Below are positions 55,277 to 64,000 of a stretch of DNA of 64,000 bases, piece after piece (the first letter of the stretch is position 1; every line of letters begins with the position of its first letter). A program made the translations under genes and the position numbers. Below the pieces are notes generated by a model. The model was given only the letters and a program-made list of their open reading frames with translations. It made no database searches and was not told the DNA's origin. Source of the stretch: Eledone cirrhosa (taxonomy: Eukaryota); contig OZ024742.1 of the NCBI GenBank assembly GCA_964016885.1, positions 53,134,001 to 53,198,000 of the forward strand. The letters are read 5' to 3'.

Positions 55277-56560
55277 TCCTACAGTCAAGTGAATACTATA
55301 GGTATCTTGTGCAGAATGAGAATGTCAGATATGATGGACACATAAATAAGGAAATAACCAGGAAAGAATACCTTAAGAGAGTAAAAAGAGAATATACCCA
55401 TCAGAACTCTCAGCGCACAACTGGCACCTTACCCATAATGCTTTTGCTGTGCCCATTCTAACTCTAACATTTTGCCTTCTGAACTGGTTATTGCAAGAAC
55501 TGAGCGGGATGGGTGTAAGGACTTGCAAGCTGCGTAGGTATACTGGAAACTTTACATTAATGGTGATGTTGACAGGCTATATTTCTCACGCATGTTAACA
55601 TTATACGAAACCCGAAAATGACACTGAAACAATGTCTTCAACAGAAAAAAAAGGTTAGCGGCCATCTTGCCGAGGTAAATGAGCATGAAAATAGTAATAT
55701 TGTCAGGATAGCCACTGATCTAGAGAAGAGACATGAAATAAAAGCTGAAACAAATCTTTCTTCCAGGAACACCTGAAGACTACTCAATTCTCGAACAAAA
55801 TTTTAAAAATAGACCAATTTACTGAGAAGGTTGTATATGAGTATCTGGGACGAACAACACAAATTATAGAACTGATAAACCATACTAAAAGCCTGCTGTG
55901 GCGTTCCGACAAGTTCATAACACCCCACCTTGATGGATACCTCCATGCAATCCAGGAACATGAAATCCCTACCCAGTTCCTACTGCACAAAACAATAAAT
56001 GTAAGCTGTGCAAAACAAAGACCGAAGATGTTATCCACATTATTGCCGACTGTAAAAGAAAAGAATGTCGTTTCGTTACAACCTCCCCACGAGGCATGAT
56101 CTGATAGCTATATGGATTTGAAATGCACTATGGAAGACGAAAATGAAATCAAATAAGGAATATGTTGAGACTGATGGCTCAAAAGAAATGCTAGTGGAAC
56201 CTAAAAATAAACATCACCACCAAATTAAAGCACAACTGGCCTTATATTGTTGTTTGGGACCACACATTTAAAACATGCTCTGTTGTAGAAATCAGCTACT
56301 CACTTGATGTCAATGTGGTAAGGAAATTGCAAGAGAAAAAGGATATCTAAGGACAATTGATGAATTTGTAGATCTAGTATCCAAGATTCAGCTTCAGATT
56401 CGTGATTATTGGAGCGACTGGTTATATAGCTATCCACCTGGACCAAAGTATAAACGATTTTGGATTTGTGGAGAAAAAACGTAGCACTTTAAATCATAAG
56501 CCACAAATGGCCGCGATATGTAGAACCTTCAAAGTTTGTAAAACATTCTTACGATACAAA
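55272..56560 (+). mobile_element. Decayed REL-endonuclease LINE (R4/Dong-like)
   Basis: GYLHAIQEHEI, C..C..H..C knuckle, RHD, W-N.K...KHN.P.IVVWD..C.VVEIS..LDVNV, IIGATG; multiple frameshifts. Confidence 0.75.
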
Positions 56561-56685
56561 AGGCAACGACGATTTCTGGCCACCCGGAATAAACTCAAAA
56601 TTAGGAGAGAACATACGTATATACGAGGTTTGTCCCAAAAGGCTAGATTTTCCTACGTACGACATGGTAACGCAGCACATCGTTG

Positions 56686-57612
<927 letters not shown>

Positions 57613-58049
57613 AAATCATCATTATCATCATTTTACGCCCGCTTTTCCTTGCTTACAACGGCGGGACAGGCCCTTTTCATCATAGCATCTCTCTATTCCC
57701 TTCGTCATCTCTGTTGGTTATGACCTTAATACACTGTGATGGCCAAAAGTAGAAACAATTATTGCTGTTTATGTACAGGCATGTTTATAACTTCTGTTAC
57801 GTTTGCGATACAAGAAAATATCGAACAACGGCATGAGATCAAATTTTCTGTGAAACTCAACAAGTCTGCCACCGAAATATGTAATTCTATAACACAAGCT
57901 ATCTATCGAAAAGTGAGATTTTTAAGTCACACAAAGCTTTTAAAGGAAATCGTCGTTGCCTTTTGAATCGTAAGAATGTTTTACAAATTTTGAATATATA
58001 TATATAACTATGATTTTGACGTTTTTGACGTGCGGCTACATGTGAGATC

Positions 58050-58141
58050 ACATATCTGAGGAGCTTCCGATTCCAGAGTCAGGGACGAACATAATTGGAT
58101 CGTTCCTCGAGCTGATGGGCAGTGAAACATATGTAATATGT
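58050..58141 (+). ncRNA. Type-I hammerhead ribozyme, family D
   Basis: acatat-CTGAGGA-long stem II-GAAA-catatg-TA^atatgt. Confidence 0.75.
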
Positions 58142-58212
58142 AATTAAATATGTATATGATGCAATACTGATTCTTTATTCCCTACTTATTATATACACAC
58201 ATATATATATAT

Positions 58213-58278
<66 letters not shown>

Positions 58279-58631
58279 TGAGAGCATTTCTGACGAAGGA
58301 AAAAAACATTCCCATTCTTCTACATCCTTCCTACAACCTAGATCTAGCTCTGTGTGATTTCTACCTCTTCCCTACGTTGAAATCGAAGTTGTAGGGTCAT
58401 CATTTTGGGACTGTGGAAAACATACAAAAAATTGTAACCGACGAGGTAAGGGCACTCACAGAAAATGACCTCCGATACTGTTACGACCAAGGAAAAAAAA
58501 GAAAAAAACGTTGGAACCACTGCATGACTTCCCAAGGGTCGTATTTTGAAGGAGATAACTTTTAATTTCATGTACATCTAATATACATTTAAATTAAATA
58601 TCAGTACCCTTGCTTTTGGACAAACCTCGTA

Positions 58632-59262
58632 CGTACGTACATACATACATGATGGCTGCCCCCTCGTTATCGAGTATGGCCATTGCACGATATACCATTA
58701 TTAATAATTATTAATTAATTCTATCGTGCAATGCCTGTGCGTGAAGATATTTTTTAAAGTGAGGAAAGACTGTGCACTGAGCCAATCCCACTCTCTGAGC
58801 GACAGTAGCTATAACCCGAAAAGAAGAAAAGATCAACATCATCGGTTACTACTGAGCCGCAGGTTTTATATCGGAGTTATCCCAGTTTTCTGAGTTGCCT
58901 TCTCCTAGAAGAATGCCCTGACAAAGGCTAGGGGTCCTTCACTCCCAGTGGTTTAATCGCGCGATCGGGTATCCAGTCCAACTATTTCTATGTGCCGCGC
59001 ATATATACACATGCACCTATGCATATACATATATACATATACATACATATATACATATTTACACATTTTTGGATGGTCGTTAACTCTTATGAGTTCTTTT
59101 GCCCTTTGTCAGGTTTGATTTATTGTCCTGCAGGGTGTCCAAGGTCACCCTCCTTTCCAAGTAAACTTGGTGGGGTTGCCGTTTAGTCGCCGATGACCCA
59201 ACCATGCGACAGGTTGTACTGAGTTACATGTTACCACTAGCACTCAAAAGTGACCCGACATA
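58632..59262 (-). mobile_element. Probable non-autonomous RTE-related element
   Basis: RTE-like 3' hairpin end (..ctcgataacgagggggcagccatc) followed by (ATGT)n; catacatacat at both flanks; no ORF. Confidence 0.45.
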
Positions 59263-59880
59263 CATACATATATACAAACAAACAAACAGAATACGTAAAT
59301 CAGAGTGTATAAAGATTTTATTTGGTCATAATACTACAGAAGTTACTTGAGACTACTTAGAGTTTCATTTAAAAAACTGACATCAAAATATCCTGGGAGA
59401 TTTATTTAGTTTTGTTATAGAAATCGATAGAATCTTCCAAAAATGTAGTTAATGTTTTACGTAATTACAGTAAATAAATTTGAAAACGCAGTTATAATCG
59501 ATTTTCATGTATAATTGAATATATGTACATGCATATATATGTAGATGTATATTCAATTACACACTCACACAGACATAAATACATATATAATAAATTAACT
59601 ATGTTTATATATAGAGCGTTATTTCTTCTAGGTGGTATTCCTATATATATATTTCAGATAAGGTGTGGTAAAATACCAGGTGGACCATAACCCACCAGAG
59701 TACTCGATACTTGGAGTAACACGAAAATCCACTGCCAACGTATGGTTTCATTATCTGCCAAAACAATGATTCAGCCAGTTGTAAATATGCAAAATTGTCA
59801 GGCTGTGAAATCTATGGTTGCGCAACGAATTTTCGTGTGAACGAATCATTATATATATATATATATATATATATATAATG

Positions 59881-59920
<40 letters not shown>

Positions 59921-59927
59921 TATAAAC

Positions 59928-59967
<40 letters not shown>

Positions 59968-60021
59968 GATATATATATATATATGATTATAAACACTTAC
60001 ACTCATGTAAATAAATCCTGT

Positions 60022-60620
60022 TTAGTTGTTGATTTTTCCAGCAGGTTCCTTGCCGGACAATATAGCGATCATATTGGTGGCAGCCACTTCAGACATTGCG
60101 TTCCGAGCTTCCCACGTACTACTTGCTATGTGCGGAGTTATTATACAGTTCTTCATACTCATGAGCGGGTGAGTCATCGGGAGTGGTTCCGGATCAGTAA
60201 CATCGATGGCAGCAGTTGATATCATGTCTTCCTTGAGTGCCTTCACCAAGTCGTCTTGGTTAATAAGGCCACCCCGACTTACATTGATCAAACATGCAGA
60301 TGGTTTCATCTTGCGGAAAGCAGCCAGATTAAACATGCCCTTCGTTGACTCTGACATGTTACACGCTATACAGATGATGTCGCTGTCACTCAACAGTGTA
60401 TCCATTGAAACAAATTTGGCTTTCACCTCCTTGTCGTGTTCACAGTGTTTCATATCGTAGTAGATTAGATTGCTGATCTTAAACGCACCCACACGTTCAG
60501 CAATGCCGAATCCAATGCGGCCCAGTCCCACGATGCCAATTGTCTTGCCAGTCAATTCGAACCCGAGAAGCCACATCGGTTTCCAGAGTCCCCATTGTCC
60601 GTTCTTCACAGCGCTGTAAC
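60022..60620 (-). CDS. GRHPR: Glyoxylate/hydroxypyruvate reductase-like D-2-hydroxyacid dehydrogenase, terminal exon
   Basis: ccag acceptor at 60621-60622. GLGRIG Rossmann motif, INVSRGG (Arg), DVTDPEPLP (Glu), PHIAS (His), stop at 60022. The first codons of the listed ORF lie in the intron/SINE. Upstream exons were not found in the window. Confidence 0.9.
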
Positions 60621-60651
60621 CTGGAATTAGAAAAACAATAATCCACCATAA

Positions 60652-60865
60652 CAATTTGTTCTACTTTAGGCACAAGGCCATCAATTTTGGCGGAGGGGAA
60701 AGTTGATTAAATCGACGCCAGTGCATTACTGATGCTTTGTTTTATCAACCCCATAAAGATGACAGACAAAGCTAACCTTGGCGGGATTTGAATCAGAACG
60801 TAAAGTGCCGAAACTCTATGCCACGAAGCATGGTGTCCGACGCTCTATCAATACTGCCAATCTAC
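60652..60865 (-). mobile_element. Nin-domain SINE in the GRHPR intron
   Basis: Family match, ending ~30 nt before the acceptor. Confidence 0.8.
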
Positions 60866-61085
60866 CATAATAATACGCCTACATTTCTCGCAATATATTT
60901 CGGTAACATTATCTCTGATACTTGATTTTCTCCCTCTTCTCCACTCATCCTCACCTCTCTCATTCATCTCTCGCCCGATTTGGTTTCTTAATATTTAAAC
61001 AACCGTACCTGTATTGTAGTTGCTTCCATAACCACTTTTTATATGCCACAATGCTTCAAGCAAATTACAAATTACAACACTCCCT

Positions 61086-61143
<58 letters not shown>

Positions 61144-61160
61144 ATATATATATATATATA

Positions 61161-61291
<131 letters not shown>

Positions 61292-61305
61292 ATATATATA
61301 TATAT

Positions 61306-62208
61306 ATATGAAAATATGGGTGAGAAGAATACTGCTGGTTGCACATGGATAACATGTTATAAAATGAGTCCCTCATCAGCGATTTACCAAACGATCATGG
61401 GTATTTCATCGCATTAAAAATCATATACCTCACGTTGGAGCGATAATAACTACACTAAGTTATTAGGACAATAGAAACGCGTAAAGCGAGTGAGACAAGT
61501 AAACAACACAGGGGGAAGCTAACCGAAGATGGAAATAAACACAAGCAACATAGTTATTCTTTCAGCATAAGCTGTGTGAATATATGAGCGAGTCAGAAAA
61601 CAGACCTTACGCTAGTGAATCCGGTGTTAGAAAGAATGAAAACCGTTTTCCCAGCGAACGGGAGGAAGAAAGAAGGGGAGAAACAGGGACTGAGTGAGTG
61701 GGAGTGCGAGGAAGAGGTCAGTAGAGAGAAAGAGTTAACTGACATGGCAGAGGGGACGAAAGAAAGTAAGAGAAACAGAGAGAACGAGGGAGCAGTAAGA
61801 GAGAAAGAGAGAAACACAGAATTGCAGTTTGGGTAAATATATGAAAATATGGGTGAGAAGAATACTGCTGGTTGCACATGGATAACATGTTATAAAATGA
61901 GTCCCTCATCAGTGATTTACCAAACGATCATGGGTATTTCATCGCATTAAAAATCATATACCTCACGTTGGAGCGATAATAACTAAAATAAGTTATTAGG
62001 ACAATAGAAACGCGTAAAGCGAGTGAGACAAGTAAACAACACAGGGGGAAGCTAACCGAAGATGGAAATAAACACAAGCAACATAGTTATTCTTTCAGCA
62101 TAAGCTGTGTGAATATATGAGCGAGTCAGAAAACAGACCTTACGCTAGTGAATCCGGTGTTAGAAAGAATGAAAACCGTTTTCCCAGCGAACGGGAGGAA
62201 GAAAGAAG

Positions 62209-62211
<3 letters not shown>
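61306..62211. repeat. Tandem duplication, 533-bp period (1.7 copies)
   Basis: 61310 onward repeats at 61843 onward; flanked by (TA)n. Confidence 0.92.
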
Positions 62212-62256
<45 letters not shown>

Positions 62257-62735
62257 CATACATATTTGCTTTTGTGGAAAAGTGGCATCTCATTACACGT
62301 CGTTGAGTATTCAAAAACTACAGAATCGGATGTATAAGGTTAAACAATGGAAACAAATAAGACAAGGTTAGTACATACTGTATGTAGTAGCTATTTAATC
62401 TATTTTACGATTGTTTCAAATGGCATTTTATCGATATATTGACTAACCACATTGGCATATAGTTGGATAATACATGTGTCCCTATTCGTTTTTTGCGTGT
62501 AGGGATATATACTTTATTATTATTAATCTCCCCCTGGTCGAGATGAAATTTACTCGTTTTGACTACTGCTAGTTATAGTGGTAGTAGACTGACCTCCCTG
62601 CCTCTGCATTCTATCTTTGCACACGGCACTGGACAGAATTGCTTCCACATCATTCATTCTCATCTCGGGAACAATTTTGAATAGCGCCAGTTCGTAATTT
62701 GAACTCGGGAATTTTATAGTCTCCGAGTGAAAAAA

Positions 62736-62822
62736 ACCTTCTGACGAGAGTTTATCTTTTCAATGGAAGCCCGCAAGGACTATCCATTTATTTTTGAGAC
62801 TCGAAACCGATTCGGTAAAGGT
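62736..62822 (+). ncRNA. Type-I hammerhead ribozyme, family E (canonical)
   Basis: acctt-CTGACGA-gagtttta..tgagactc-GAAA-ccgattcgg-TA^aaggt: G-C closing pair of stem II, self-sufficient stem III. Confidence 0.88.
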
Positions 62823-62889
62823 AACCATAGTAAGTACAGTGAATTTTTTGAAATTTATTTTGAAACTTTTTCTTATTTGCTAAACCTTG

Positions 62890-63004
<115 letters not shown>

Positions 63005-63043
63005 ATATTAAATAAATGGAAACTATATTTATAAAACCATATT

Positions 63044-63106
63044 TATTTTATTATATATATTTCAAGGGTACCAAAAGACTTTAGTACGCTTTCTTCAGAT
63101 AAAATA
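63044..63106 (-). ncRNA. Type-I hammerhead ribozyme, family A (mirror copy)
   Basis: Exact reverse complement of 63232-63294. Confidence 0.8.
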
Positions 63107-63231
63107 CAAAGTTTGTTTTATAAATAGAGACATACACAGGAAAATCATACCTTATCAGTTGGATCCAGAGAATATCCAACTGATAAGGTATGATTTTCCT
63201 GTGTATGTGTCTATTTATAAAACAAACTTTG

Positions 63232-63294
63232 TATTTTATCTGAAGAAAGCGTACTAAAGTCTTTTGGTACCCTTGAAATATATATAATAAAATA
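63232..63294 (+). ncRNA. Type-I hammerhead ribozyme, family A
   Basis: tattttat-CTGAAGA-aagcgtactaaa..tttggtaccctt-GAAA-tatata-TA^ataaaata. Confidence 0.82.
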
Positions 63295-63522
63295 AATATG
63301 GTTTTATAAATATAGTTTCCATTTATTTAATATCATTGAATATTTACTCCAGGAACTTGTTGAGTGCTCTAAATGAGTTATAAACATTTCTATTTATATT
63401 TGTCAGATTTCCAACAAATTAAATACCCCTTCTACATATATATATATATATATTATTCAAAATATTCCTGTAGGAATTGAATAATCAAAACCTTAGCGGT
63501 ATGTCGCATATACAATCTCTCA

Positions 63523-63589
63523 TATATTTTATCTGATGAAAACGTACTGAAACACCATTGTACCTTTGAAATATGTATAATAAAATATA
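63523..63589 (+). ncRNA. Type-I hammerhead ribozyme, family A
   Basis: tatattttat-CTGATGA-aaacgtac..gtaccttt-GAAA-tatgta-TA^ataaaatata, with a 10-bp stem I. Confidence 0.82.
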
Positions 63590-63777
63590 TATTTTCGTTA
63601 TGAGAATATTTTTCCTTTATTAATATTTTGAATAATATTAAATACTCCAGATAAATTACTGTCGAGTGCTTCTAATCTATTGTAAAATTGTAAAATTGTA
63701 TTCGTTGAATAATCAACGAACCATATAAACTTTGGTTATATATATATATATATATATATCGAATATATAAATATTAA

Positions 63778-63980
63778 TAATGGTTTCTGATTTAGGCAAG
63801 GTCAGCAACTTTGGGAGAATGGAAAGTCGATTAAATCGACCCCAGTGTGGGACTGGTACTTTATTTTATCGACCCCGTAACGATGAGAGGCAAAGCTAAA
63901 CTCGGCGGGATTTGAACTCAGAACGCAAACAGCCGTAACTATATGCTGCAAAGCATGTTGTCCAACGCCCTACCGATACT
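63778..63980 (-). mobile_element. Nin-domain SINE
   Basis: Family match. Confidence 0.8.
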
Positions 63981-64000
63981 TTTAACCCAATAGTAATAAT

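Noticed and set aside
59180-59262. Possible HDV-like ribozyme at the 5' end of the RTE-related element
   Set aside because: I could not assemble the nested double pseudoknot by eye; it needs a descriptor search.
60621-60654. N-terminal MLWWIIVFLIP of the 210-aa ORF as a signal peptide
   Set aside because: It is intronic sequence upstream of the acceptor and overlaps a SINE tail.
61350-61490. CTGATGA on the minus strand (61373-61379) and GAAA-cgcg-TA on the plus strand in the 533-bp tandem repeat
   Set aside because: The two halves are on opposite strands and no complete fold could be built; at most a decayed remnant.

Overview
AT-rich, repeat-dense eukaryotic DNA, most likely an octopus or related cephalopod (inferred from long (TA)n/(TG)n tracts, Nin- and CORE-type tRNA-derived SINEs and mollusc-like genes). 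Three host genes can be read directly from splice sites and translation: the last coding exon of SCO1 (+, 1090-1224), a complete 14-exon CCDC112 (-, ATG at 38254, stop at 16416, 481 aa, all intron phases consistent) and a large terminal exon of a GRHPR-like D-2-hydroxyacid dehydrogenase (-, 60022-60620). The rest is SINEs, decayed LINEs (RTE, R4/Dong-like, Tx1/L1, CR1, CRE), Penelope remnants, mariner/pogo MITEs, Helentron-like elements and satellites. The main hidden signal is a dense set of type-I hammerhead ribozymes: 12 with intact CUGANGA/GAAA/NUH cores from at least five unrelated sequence families, plus several degenerate ones. Most have a palindromic minimal stem III, sit next to (TA)n tracts, and occur in tandem (a 422-nt retrozyme-like unit) or as head-to-head palindromes. 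A twin-priming 5'-inverted RTE-type LINE inside a (TA)n tract is also visible. Repeat boundaries are by eye and approximate.
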